Positions 11,869 through 23,055 of a DNA stretch of 64,000 nucleotides are shown in pieces; position 1 is the stretch's first letter; the number at the start of each line of letters is the position of its first letter. The stretch comes from Anthoceros angustus (Eukaryota; Plantae; Anthocerotophyta): the NCBI GenBank assembly GCA_010909165.1, contig MU008155.1, positions 1,550,001-1,614,000 of the forward strand. The letters run 5' to 3'. The notes beneath the pieces were generated by a model. That model was not told where the DNA came from and made no database searches. It was given only the letters and a program-made list of their open reading frames with translations. The translations under genes and the position numbers were made by a program.

Positions 11869-14800
11869 GGCCAGCGCTGCCTCCCCGGCTGCGCCACACC
11901 CGCCTTTTATACACAGCCCAACACCCAGGGCACTCACAGCGGGCCAGGAATCTTCCGTCATCATCCTCCGTTACCGCCGGCCGGGAGGGGAGGGGAGGGG
12001 AGGGCAGCTGCACCAGGCCCCCGTACGCCTCCCTTCCTGCCTGCCGAGCACAAATGCGGGGCTGGGCTTCCGCCCGTATGTGTAGGCGCTCGCTGGCAGG
12101 CTGTAGACCGACGCTTTCACGCCGTATCCGCATTCCCCCCAGCCGCCTTCACAGTACATGGACGATGGGTTTGCCATGGCGGGCTCGGAGATCCTGGGGC
12201 CCCGGCTGGAACCGCCACGGCCCGCCCCGCTCTTGCCCCTGCTGCCTCGGGCGACTGGCACCTTCCAGTGGGGCCAGGGTCAACGACATGTTTTTCCAGC
12301 ATGCCTTCCCCCCTCGGCCTCGGGCCGAGCGGCCTGGCCTGTCTCCTCCCAGAGCGGCCCTGCCCGCATTCAATGCCATGGCGTGGGAAGGCGCGCCTTC
12401 CCCGTCGCGCAGTCCGGGCTTCCGTGGGTGTGAAAGCCTTTTCACACTCACGTCACACCCGTTTCGTGAGTCGTGAATTCACCGGTGAGGCGAGTCGCGG
12501 ACGCGGGGGCGAATCGTGAGTCGTGCTTTTGCCCTAATCAAGAAGCCTCGCGAATCACGAAGGGCTGCAGGCGACAGCACCGCCACCGCGGGTGAAGGCG
12601 AAGCGAGTGATGGAGTGTTGTCGTACAGAGCGGGGGAGCGGACGGAGGAGCAGCTTGCGGTGCGGTGCGGTGCAGTGCAGTGCAGGAACATTCTACCGAC
12701 GCCGACGCCGAAGCCGACGCCGACGCCGACGCGTCACTCTTCACCGACTGCCTTGGTTTTGTCCACATCATGCGAGGCCGCATTCGAGGCAAGATGCTGC
12801 GGCAGGAAGGCAGGACAGCGGCAGTAAATGAGGCGTTCGGACTATGGATCATGGACGGTGGGGAGTGCAGACATGATGATACGGCGGGGAAGGACGTGGA
12901 TTTCCCTTCGCGACCTAGGGTTTGGGGATTGCAGCAGTGCAGTCAGAGCGCTGGCAGGCCCGAGGGGATGCAATGCGGAACCGATGATAGGCCTGCTCCG
13001 GAATCTCTTGCGAAAAAAAGGCTCCATGGCAGGAGGATAGCTGGCAGCGCATTTACTTGCGAGTCCTCGCGTTGCACGATATTTATGTCTCCTGGAAGAC
13101 ATCTGGACAGGCCAAGGCATTGTAACCGAAAACAGGTAGAAAGGCCGCCGTACCGGGTGCCTGCGTCTTCAGTTTCAGCGAGAGAAGGCGAGGGTTGCAC
13201 AGCTTTCCAGGAAGGATTGTTGAGCGCTTGCCTCAAGGCGAGCTTCACAGGTCAGGACGCCTGCGGGCGGGCGGCCACGTAGAGCCACGTACAGTAGCCT
13301 GCGGGGCAGGCGGAAGCTTCCTGCTTCCGACTTGGAGCTGGCGCTGAAGCGGTATTAGGTCTTGTACTTGCGTATGCCCCGGGCCCCAATGCGGCTGCAA
13401 TAGATTGTGAGGGCTCGGGCGTAGCCAGCCAGCCAGCAGCGCCATAGCGGCATGGTGTCATCAGCAGCTGCATGTTTTTCCGACGATTGTACAGTCATGT
13501 GTGGGCACTCGAGCCAGCGCAAAAACCAGATTTCCTGTAGTGGATTGATCCGGATTCCGGCCTCACCACCAACAAGGATAGTTCCGCTTCCACTGCAACC
13601 ACCGCACCAGAAACGCTTCGCAGGACATGGCATGGGCATCGGGCACGTAGGCCGCCGCACAGCTAGGGGCCCAGACCTGCAGTTCCTGAGATCATGATGT
13701 CCTGGGGAGTACCCCCGTTGTCTGCAGGCAGCTAAAACTGGCCAGGCCAGGCCAGGCCAGCCCTGGGCCAGGAGCAGGAGTAGGAGCAGGAGCAGGCCCA
13801 GGCCACGCCAGGCCCCACACAGAAACAAGCACGTCTGCAAGGCCATGAAAAGCACTGCCTGCCAGGCGCCTGATTGGTACATTTTCGGGGAGCGGGAGAA
13901 CGGGCGGGCTTCCCCAAGAACTTCGTCAAGAGTTGCCTTTGCCCTTGCCCTGCACAACAGCCCCAGACACGCGCAAGCCTGCATTATTTTGCACTTTCCC
14001 CTTAAACGTGGCAAATCGGCTACAGTCCAGGATATGTACATCGGGCCGCACACACACAGACAGGCAAGCCCATCAATTTTTTTTGTTTCACAAGCTAATG
14101 GTACAAATGACTCTCTTTTGTCCCGTTGCTCCATAAAGTGGAGCATTTTGGTTGCTTCCAGAGGTTGGGAAGCGAAATATAACTCCTTTCTCCTAACAAT
14201 CACTTTTGCTGTGCAATGCACAGGGAGCACTTGATTTGCTTGTAAGTTGTGGGTCCACTACGGGAATGCAGCTCTGCACAAGGAAAGGGAGTCGGACCCC
14301 GCTCCCGTCCGGGGCCCGGGCCCCTTCTTGCTTCCATTAAGCGCTTCTCACGGAATACTGTAGGAGTGTGTGTGGGTGACAACTTACATACAAGGTGGCC
14401 ACTGGCAAGGTGGCATGCTAGATGCGATACGTCTTGATGCTCATACTACTGTACACAAGCATTGGACATACGTCACTCGTCACTTGCTTCCATGTGCATA
14501 CACACATGGCATGAAGCTCTGGACCAGATTTTTGTCCCACAAGTCTGGGCTTCGTGGCATCGTTCCGTTCAATCATCCGGCATGTTTCCTTACCATGGAT
14601 TTTTTCACATGCACGTAGCAGTCAGCACTAGACGCTGTGTGCAACAACGCAATACAAATGGTTGAAGGCTCCTCCACAGGCCATGACAAGGATCCGATTC
14701 TTAACGTTTTGCCTGATTCGAATTCTAGTAGTGCCGGGATTCTGAGTTGGGGTGCACCTATCAACGTAGGTGATCGATTCGTTTCTCGCAACTTCCAGAA

Positions 14801-15580
14801 CATGGAAGATAGAAGGTACATCTTATTTAAAAGCCAGGCAAAGCCAGTGAGGCTGTGTCACACGGAACTTGCAAGGCCCTCCGGTTACGTCTGATTCACA
14901 AGTACTGCTCACTCTCTTATTGGCCTATCTGTTGTTCAGAAGTCAAACTCGAGCAAACATCAAGCACCGTTGGGAGCATGCCACCTGATGGTTCCGTCAG
15001 AAGGAAGTTGAAGAAACTGCCTGCAGGCTTCCGGGTTTTAGGAAAAACGAGTTTGGATGGCACCTTGTACATAGCTTGAACAAAGTCCGAGCCAAGAAAG
15101 AATGGACAAGTTTATTATACTGCACTTCCAAGGGCTCCACAAAAGGGCTTCATATTCCGGTTATGTACTGCAAACAGAATCCTCAAAATTGAGACATGCT
15201 GACCGGCCGGCATCAACGGACATCACATCCTTCCTTCAGCTTTGAGAATACAGAAAGCTGAGAAACAAAAGGCATATCTGGAGACAAAGGACAAGGTGTC
15301 GGGAGGGGAGACAAGAGAGTATGAAATCGTCCCCTGGCCAGATACATGCCATGGATACAATCACACACACAAGCAAAAAGAGTGAAGGTATTTCCCAGAT
15401 GGTTTCCATACCTTATCGGAGGCCTGCGAGTGGAAAAGATACTGGAAGGAGGTCCAAACAACGCAAATTGAACATGCAAGAAGGGCTCTTCAAGGTACCA
15501 TACATCTAAACATTGCCTGAAACCCTAGAAGCAAAGTCCCCCACCCGCCCCCATGCCCTGGTATGTGGTTTTCCCATCCT

Positions 15581-15994
15581 TCAATCCGTAGCCGATTTGG
15601 AGAAAGTCGAAATGTTTGACTCCGCATACGCAGCGTCCCAATTTTGACCATCGAAAGCTCTCACTTCCACCTTCTTGATGGTGCCCGCATCGACACAGTG
15701 CACAGTGACAGCAACGCCGTCGGGATTAGAGCGGGGAATGTAAAACGGGCTGATCCCGCAAACCTTACAGAAAGTGTGTTTAGCCTGGCGGGAGCCAAAT
15801 GTGTAGATTGTGAGCCAGTCCTCCGAGGCTGCCTCCAGCTTGAAGTCGGAGGCAGGCACGATGAAGTGAGTGTTCTTCCGCATGGCGCAGTTGGAACAGT
15901 TGCAGTCCCAGGCAACCAGCTCGTCAGCAGCTGTGACCTGGAACCTTATCTTCCCGCAGTGGCATCCTCCGCGATGAAGAAGAGTATTCACCAT
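15581..15994 (-). CDS. GFA/CENP-V (Mss4-like zinc-binding) family protein, 137 aa, intronless CDS
   Basis: GGCHCG..RF, CNCSNC, FCKVCG..PFY..RSNPDG.AV, FDGQNW motifs. ATG at 15994. Confidence 0.93.
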   Translation of the reverse strand: MVNTLLHRGGCHCGKIRFQVTAADELVAWDCNCSNCAMRKNTHFIVPASDFKLEAASEDWLTIYTFGSRQAKHTFCKVCGISPFYIPRSNPDGVAVTVHCVDAGTIKKVEVRAFDGQNWDAAYAESNISTFSKSATD

Positions 15995-17199
15995 TTTGGC
16001 TGACGAAAGGGCGCATTCACACCACCATCTAAGAATTGGAAGCCAGTATCCTTCGCCATAAGCTCTCACCGATTATGATCCTGATCTGATTCAGATACAT
16101 ATATTTTTTTGAAGTAAGTGACTGTAACCAACTCTCGTTGCCGCTCTAGACTGGACTGCTTGCTGTCCTGGCCTGTTTGTCTCACGTTGTATGCAAGCTT
16201 GCATCACACCGTGTATGGACATCGTTTGCCCTCAGACTTCTGAGCTCGGCGCTTGGACTATCGTTTTCTGTAGTGATTGCATCCGCTTCATCATGGCTCT
16301 GTACATATGTAGTTGCTTGCAAGTCGCTACAACACTTTGGTTTGTCCTTTCTGGAGGCTGTGGCATCACTTGCAAGCCTCGTGCCGTGACAGTGGGTCAC
16401 TATTAGGAAGAAGAGAAGAAGAGGGAAGAAAGAGGAAGGAAGCTTGAGGAATCCTGCTGCCATATCGCCAAGGGCAAGATGTAGAAGCATACACGACTTG
16501 CTTGCAAACTCATCGTTAGATCCTCCTGTCTGCCATTTGCAAATTACAGCTGGATGCTTTTTGGAGAGTGTTATCCTCTCTTCTTGCCGACTCCCGTTTA
16601 AAGTTGTCAGATGCGTGATTGCACTTACATACCTTGATGTCTTGTGTACATGATGGAGAGATGGAAACAGGGGATTATGCCTGAATCTTCTGTATGTCCG
16701 ACTTTGTTTTTACGTCTTAGTGAGAACTTAGGTTCTTGCGCGGGTGTCTGATCCCTCAGACTTGCTCTGTATGGAGTGCCCTGTGGTTAGCTCTCTATGG
16801 AGTGCCTGTGGTTACTCGAGTGCAGCGGAGGCTTATGCCATGAGCCACTGTTCACTTCCAGCTCGTCTAATCGAATATAATAGTCTGCATCTGTCCAGAA
16901 TGTTTCTGCATCGGGAGGAGAAGATTCCTCCGGCCAACTTTTTGTCCACAGCTCATGATCTCCATCATTCAAATGTCAGGCGTTCAAACTACATGTCGAC
17001 AGTCGCAGGTAGCCAGAGGCAGCTCGGACCTCACCGGAGAGTCGACTGCCTAGCAAGTAGCTAGCTTGCTTCCAGAATGAAGGCGTTCCAGAATGATCGG
17101 AGGATCTGGGTAAATTTGTGGGCCAGAATCCCATTCAGTTTCTGGTAGGAGAGCTGGTGACACCGTAGTTGCCCTTTCCCGGTCGCTTTCCGATCGATA

Positions 17200-17520
17200 C
17201 CCGATGGCCATTAAGGCTGCGGGTACGGCCTATAAGGTTCTTAATGCTGCTTTGAGCAAAGTCACAAGCGTGTCCAGGGTTTTGAGAACTGGCAGGCGTG
17301 TGATCCAGAGAAGAGATCTCTTGGGACATGGAACGGAGAGCTGGTTGTGGTGTGGGCCGGGTAGGAAGAAGAGGTGCGATGCGTTGGCTCCATCTAATGT
17401 ATCCTTGATTAAAGACTTTTTGGGACTCTACACTAGTCCCTCGAGCTGCAGGAAGGATATTCGTCTCATCAAGAGTGTGAACTCCCCGGTACTACATACC
17501 ACATGCGATTCACTAATTAA
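17200..17520 (+). mobile_element. Transposon-derived coding remnant (unclassified DNA-transposon-like)
   Basis: SRVLRTGRRVI.RRDLL....WLW..GRKKRCDAL...V..IKDF...TSPSSCRKD resembles, from memory, a recurrent transposon-associated motif. It is flanked by stops and abuts the minisatellite. Confidence 0.3.
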
Positions 17521-17679
17521 ACATGACGCAGGTGGGTTGGTGAGTTCTGGTTGTGTACGTGTGCTCAACTGTTCCTCTTGTTTGTAGTCCTCACGAGCGC
17601 TTTCTACAAGGCCCCTATGCCCTCTGCAGGCGTATACGTCTTTGCTCTGTGCGGCTCCAGGTGGCGCTCTGTTCAAGCC

Positions 17680-18510
17680 AAGTGGTGCTCTAGTAATCTA
17701 GGTGGTGCTCTTTGTAATCTAGGTGGTGCTCTTTGTAATCTAGGTGGTACTCTGTGGAAGCTTGGTGGTGCACTTTGCAAGCTGGATAGTGCTCTGTGCT
17801 CTCTGCAAGCTGGGTGGTGCTGGCTGCGCAATGTCGTGTGTTCATCGATCTCAGCAGGCCAGGTGGTGCTCTGTGCAAGCAGGGTGGTGTTCTGTGCAAA
17901 TCGGTTGGTGTTGTGTGCAAGCCTGCTGGTGCGCTCTACAAGCTGGGTGGCCCTGCTTGGATGCTGAGTAATGTTCATCTCTACAGGCTAGGTGGTGCTA
18001 TGTGCAAGCCGGGTGGTGCTCTTTGCAAGCCTGGTGGTGCTCTTTGCAAGCCTGGGGGTGCTCTTTGCATGCTGCGTGTTGCAAGCCAAGGGTACGCTCT
18101 GCAAGCTGGGTGGTGTTGTTTGCATGCTGCGTGTTCATCTGCAGGCCATGTGGTGCTCTTTGTAAGCCGGGTGGTGCTCTTTGCAGGCCTAGCGGTGCTT
18201 CATGCAAGCCTGGTGGTGCGCTGTGCAAGCTGGGTGGTGCTGCCTGCATGCTGAGTGTTGGGTGGTGTTGTTTGCATGCTGCGTGTTCATCTCTGCAGGC
18301 CAGGTGGTGCTCTTTACAAGTCGGGTGGTGCTCTTCACAGGCCTGGTGGTGCTTCTTGTAAGCCGGGTCGTGCGCTCTGCAACCTGGGTGGTGTTGTCTG
18401 CATCTGCGTGTTAAATGTCCATCTCTGCAGGCCAGGTGGTGCTCTTTGCAAGCCAGGTGTTGCTCTTTGTATGCTGCGTGTTGCTCTCTGCAAGCCAGGT
18501 GCTGCTTTGT
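17680..18510. repeat. Degenerate 21-bp minisatellite (consensus ~GGTGGTGCTCTTTGCAAGCCT) with higher-order structure
   Basis: About 30 or more diverged units, interrupted every ~120-160 bp by a variant (ATGCTGCGTGTTCATCTCTGCAGGCCA) at ~17835, 17960, 18120, 18275, 18400. Confidence 0.92.
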
Positions 18511-19703
18511 ACAAGTCAAACAGAGATCCATGCTGTCATTCCATGGGGCCTGCGAAACCTTGCCTACCTCTGACATGTGATCGAAAGCCTCCATGTACCT
18601 TCGCAGAATCATGAATGCACGTCTGGTCACTCATACTGGTAAGCCTGCAGAGGAATTGCCCATTGTGGCTCGACACTTCGCAACCGGTACGCCTCCTGTA
18701 CCCCTGGTTTGGTGGTTCCCTCCGACGCTAAGAGCACATCGGCCATACCTCGTTGGGGCTGGCCACCCTGGTCCAGAACTTGCCCAATTGTTTGCAAGCT
18801 CTCTTTCCAGCCAAGTACTACTACAACCGGGAATGTGTGTGCTCGTTCCACTATGGCCTCAGCTTCAACAGTGTTAGAACAGACGAGCAGCTGGGATACC
18901 AGGCCCTTGTATCCCTTTAGGAAACTTTCAACCTTTCCTCTAAATGACTGCCACAACGTGACCCACCCAATTCATGTAACGGAAGGTGCAAGTGCAAGTT
19001 CAGCACAGATCACAACCGAGTGGCCAGAGAAATGATTCCAATCTCTGCCTTCCTGGAAACATCAACATCGGAGGTTGTTACCCAGCAGACTGACGTTACG
19101 TACCTGGTTAACAGGAACGAGGGCAGCAGGCTTCTTTTCAGTTTTCAGAGGGAGCTGAATAGTCAGCAAGTCACAGTGATTCTCGGTCGTAAATCGAAGC
19201 TCACAAGATCTCCGAGCTCATGAATTCCCGTGCCCAGCTTTCACTGCCTAGTTTCCCCTTCGCAACCCTTGGACCTGACCTGGACTGGAACCCGATTCAC
19301 TCAAAATGCGCCGGAATCGATAGGCAGTCTGTGTTGTGTGGCAATGGCAGACGGGAAGAATTTACCTGTCGGCTTACACTGGGGCACCGGCAATTGGGCA
19401 TTCGTCGCTGCATCAAAGCAGGCTCCCAGACCAAGCAGATGGTGTGTCACTCTGAACAGACACGTTTAATCTCATTCGGAAGTTGCAAACAGCTTGGGAA
19501 CACCGCAGATAGTTGCAACAATGCAAGTTTACTTGATCAGTCACAAATTCCGTGCTTGCCTGGGACCTGTGCGTGTGGGAAGTACCAAGGAAGAGAGATG
19601 CTTGTAGTAGGCTGCTACAAGTTGTGACCTAAAGTTGCAGAGGTTTTGGCAGAGGAGCGTGCTTTTGACAGGTTTGTTTTCATAGCAGCATTAGGATCGG
19701 TTT

Positions 19704-22130
19704 ATGATGCATCAGCCAGAAGGAGTCGGCAAAACAGGGCTGGGCAGGCCTCCGCTGCAGGTGGAACCAGAGGCTGGATCACATGTCGCGGAGCTTCCAC
19801 CCCTGTCGGAGGCACAGGAGGACAATTTTACACAACCTGCTACCCTGTTTCGAGCAACTCCTCCACGCCCGGTTGTCGAGTACGTGCGCCTCCTCTTGCT
19901 GGTAAGCATGTCAGAACGCCCAGTTTCTCACAATTGACGCAATTCTCTGTACAGATCACCTCGTGGTAGGTACTCGCCCCTGCCCTGGGATGGCTACTTC
20001 GATGAGGAACGAGATATTGGGGTCGAAGACTCGGAAAACGTAATGCCGTCCTTGTCTTCTGGAGCCTGGTGTTGTGCTTTCCGTCTTTGCTTGGCAGCAA
20101 CATGGGAAGGATGGAGGTTCACTCGCTTTGCTGTTGGGTTCAGACTTTCCACGTTTATCTGGCTGGAACAGAAGGGGCGGTTGTGTTTTGTCTTCACGGA
20201 GGTGGCGCTTGCGGGTAATCTCCTTCTGGGAGCCTTGTTCCTGGCAAACAGCATGAGATGTAGAACTGAATGGGAGGAAGCAGTGCACAAGCTTCGCAGC
20301 ATGATGTCTCGGGAATTTTATTTCCTGAGCATGTCAGAGATTGCAGTCAGCATTTGCTATGCATCCGTGTGATATCCACGTTCACTCCTGCTTGAGATTT
20401 TAGTATGGCGTGGGCCGATTTGTTTGACTGGTTTTGGATTGGTTGGAATTGGTGCCCCAGCTTGTCATTCGGTCTGGTAGCAGCGAAGATGAAAGAGAAG
20501 GTTAGAGTGGTTTCTGTGGATCTGCGGGGTCACGGACTGACACACACTGACAATGATTCAGACTTATCAGCTGAGGTATGCTCCAAGATTCTCCCTCTTG
20601 CATTGGTATCTTGGTTTTCCTCAAGAATCCGCACCTACACAGCAAATGGGGCTTGCTCTCTTCAGACGCTTTCATCGGATGTCTTATCCGTGATACGTAC
20701 GATGTATGGTGCTGATCCACCTGCCATCATTCTTATTGGCCACAGGTTCTCCTTGTCCCCTACCACTGTTTTGTTTGTGTCAAAATAACTCTTTGTGCAG
20801 GTTCATTGCAGTGGTGTTCTATATGTACTTGGGATCTGCTAACACGGTGCTTGTACTTAGCACGTGCTAGCATGGGCGGTGCTATTGCAGTCCACGTTGC
20901 TGCCAAGAGAGCATTGCCCACCCTGGCAGGACTTGTAGTGGTTGATGTGGTTGAGGTTGGTCCTTACACCTCCTTTGGTATCTTAGGAGGTTGGGAGTGA
21001 GGGCTATAGCAAGCTTGAGACATCAATATCTGACTTCGTATCTGGCTTCTCAAACTCAACAGGGAACGGCGATGAATTCCTTGATTCATATGCAGAAAGT
21101 CCTCTCAAATCGCCAGCAACACTTCCCTTCTGTTGAAAGAGCAGTAAGCGGACGCTTAACTCTAGCCTCCAATTATACTGCAACGCCTGACAGTTGAAAG
21201 AGGTGACCATGAATTTAATGCACAGATTGAGTGGAGTGTCAAAGGAGGAGTTCTAAGAAATGTGGATTCTGCTCGACTCTCTGTTCCAAGAACTTTGAAG
21301 TTTGACGACCAAAAGCACTGGTATCTAAACAAATTTTACAGCATCTGTTGAAGTCTTGGAATTTAGGCCAGAACTGAGAGAAACATCCTTTCTTTCTGCA
21401 GCTTATGATTGTCCTTTCTTTCCGCAGCTTTGTTTGGCGTACACCCCTGGAGCAGAGCGAACAGTACTGGAAAGGCTGGTACACAACTTGATCCCTCCAT
21501 GTCTTGAAGCAAACGACCACTGTGTCCATAGGTGTGCCATCAGCCTTGAGCATTCGTTCCCCCATTCCCCTGCTAGGTACAAAGGTCTATCAGATATTTT
21601 CCTTTCCTGCCCCGTGCCGAAGCTTCTACTACTGGCAGGCACCGACAGATTGGACAGGTATGTGGACTCTCTACTTCCTCATACAAATCTCTGTGCCATT
21701 CTCCATGCAGAGTAGCAGCACGCTGATGCAAGTCTTATACTGAATCCAGGCCATTAACGATAGGTCAGATGCAAGGCAAGTTTCAGATGATGGTGGTCCG
21801 CCATACCGGACATGCCATCCAGGTTCGTAACCTCTTGCACCTCCCACTGCCCACCAACCCAACAGTCTCTCACGATGCTGCCCCTCTGCAGGAGGACGTG
21901 CCTGATGAATTCAGCAACATCGTCCTCAGCTTCATTTCAAGGAACCGCATTGGGGCACATGGGGTGGAGGTCTGATTTGCAAACTCCTTCCTGCTTTCCT
22001 ACCTCACAGTTTATCACCATGCTCATTTTCTGTCACAAAAGAAAAACAAAAGAAGGAAGCTCACTCATCCCTTCCTTGTGCACTGTCTCAGCTGCCATTC
22101 AACCTGCGGCCTGCAACCCGAAGTTTATAG
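19704..22130 (+). CDS. PPME1: Protein phosphatase methylesterase 1 (PP2A PME-1, alpha/beta hydrolase), multi-exon
   Basis: Exons include ..-19879, 19970-20039 (YSPLPWDGYFDEE), 20144-20214 (FHVYLAGTEG.VVFCLHGGG), and from 20461 (RVVSVDLRGHG). Further motifs: GH|SMGG catalytic Ser, VVDVVE|GTAM, PKLLLLAGTDRLD, QMQGKFQ, HTGHAIQ|EDVP. Last exon 22092-22130 and the start codon are inferred. Confidence 0.92.
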
Positions 22131-22363
22131 CAATTACCAGATGCAGCGAGTCTTCTTTCACCCAAGCTCTAGAGCGTAGTTCAAAACTACATGACGTTAT
22201 AACGTCATACGGTTCGTGGACACGAGGCCGTTGAGCATGTGGCTCGTGTACATGTGTACAGCCATGCACACATATATGTGAAACTGGATATTTTCACTGT
22301 GTACACACATACACTACAAATATACACAGTTTCGCCCTCGCCTGACCGAGCCGGTGCCCGGCT

Positions 22364-22371
22364 CACGTGGC
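22364..22371 (+). promoter_or_regulatory. G-box (CACGTGGC) in the GC-rich region upstream of CAO
   Basis: Exact CACGTGGC about 690 bp upstream of the CAO ATG, with several GCCACG half-sites and a CCAAT nearby. G-boxes are typical of light-regulated photosynthesis genes; function here is inferred. Confidence 0.35.
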
Positions 22372-23055
22372 GCGCGTTGAGCCACGCAGCTGGCTCGCCA
22401 ATGCGTGATGCCAAGCAACGCAGATTCGCGCTCGGACAGGCATAGCCACGGGCGCGGCCACGCTGGACGGCCACGCCAGCCGTCGCGGGCCCACCCACAA
22501 TCCGGGGCCTCTACCCGGCCAATGCGTAGGCGTGCCATATCCGCAGGCCCAATCCCGGGCGGCTCCCCGCCACTTCCCTGGTTCCATCCTCTCGCCCGGC
22601 CTCTGACGTGCTCGCCGTCCACTGGCCGACAGGATTTGAGCAGTCAATCCTCGAAGCTCTGAGCGACAGCCCGGACGAAGGCGAGGAAAGGCCAGCCCGC
22701 ACCGGCTGCAAGGCAAAATCAAAATTAGGCTCCGGGCTCCATGAAAATTGCAGCTTCCAGCTAGGAGGCAGGCCAGCTGCGCACCTGTTGCTGCAAGTCG
22801 GGTTTGCCTGTGACCGGCCTGGGGAATGGACAGGGGATGGGAGCGCTTTTGTGAATCCTGTGCAGGAGGAGGCCTGGAGCCCGGTACCCCAGGCCGCCGG
22901 GATCGCAGGTAGCCAGAAGGCGGCCTCAGGCTCGGACAACGTCTTCATTGCTCAAATTTGGGAGATGATATGAAAATGCATCCAGGTGGCGGAGTAGGCA
23001 GGATATGAGGGCCCCTTGCAGCTCGCAGGCCAAGCTCTGGTGTTGCCGTCTGTGA

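Noticed and set aside
11317-12519. 400-aa plus-strand ORF (and 9916-10593, 10453-10917)
   Set aside because: Antisense shadow of the GC-rich P450 exons; Arg/Pro/Ala-rich with no recognisable domain.
12640-13810. Short repeats (TGCRG)n, (GCCGAC)n, (GGCCA)n and overlapping ORFs upstream of the intact P450
   Set aside because: Ordinary GC-rich microsatellites; the ORFs lack coherent protein features.
17680-18510. CRISPR-like array
   Set aside because: Units are contiguous and degenerate with no unique spacers, there are no cas genes, and the context is eukaryotic.
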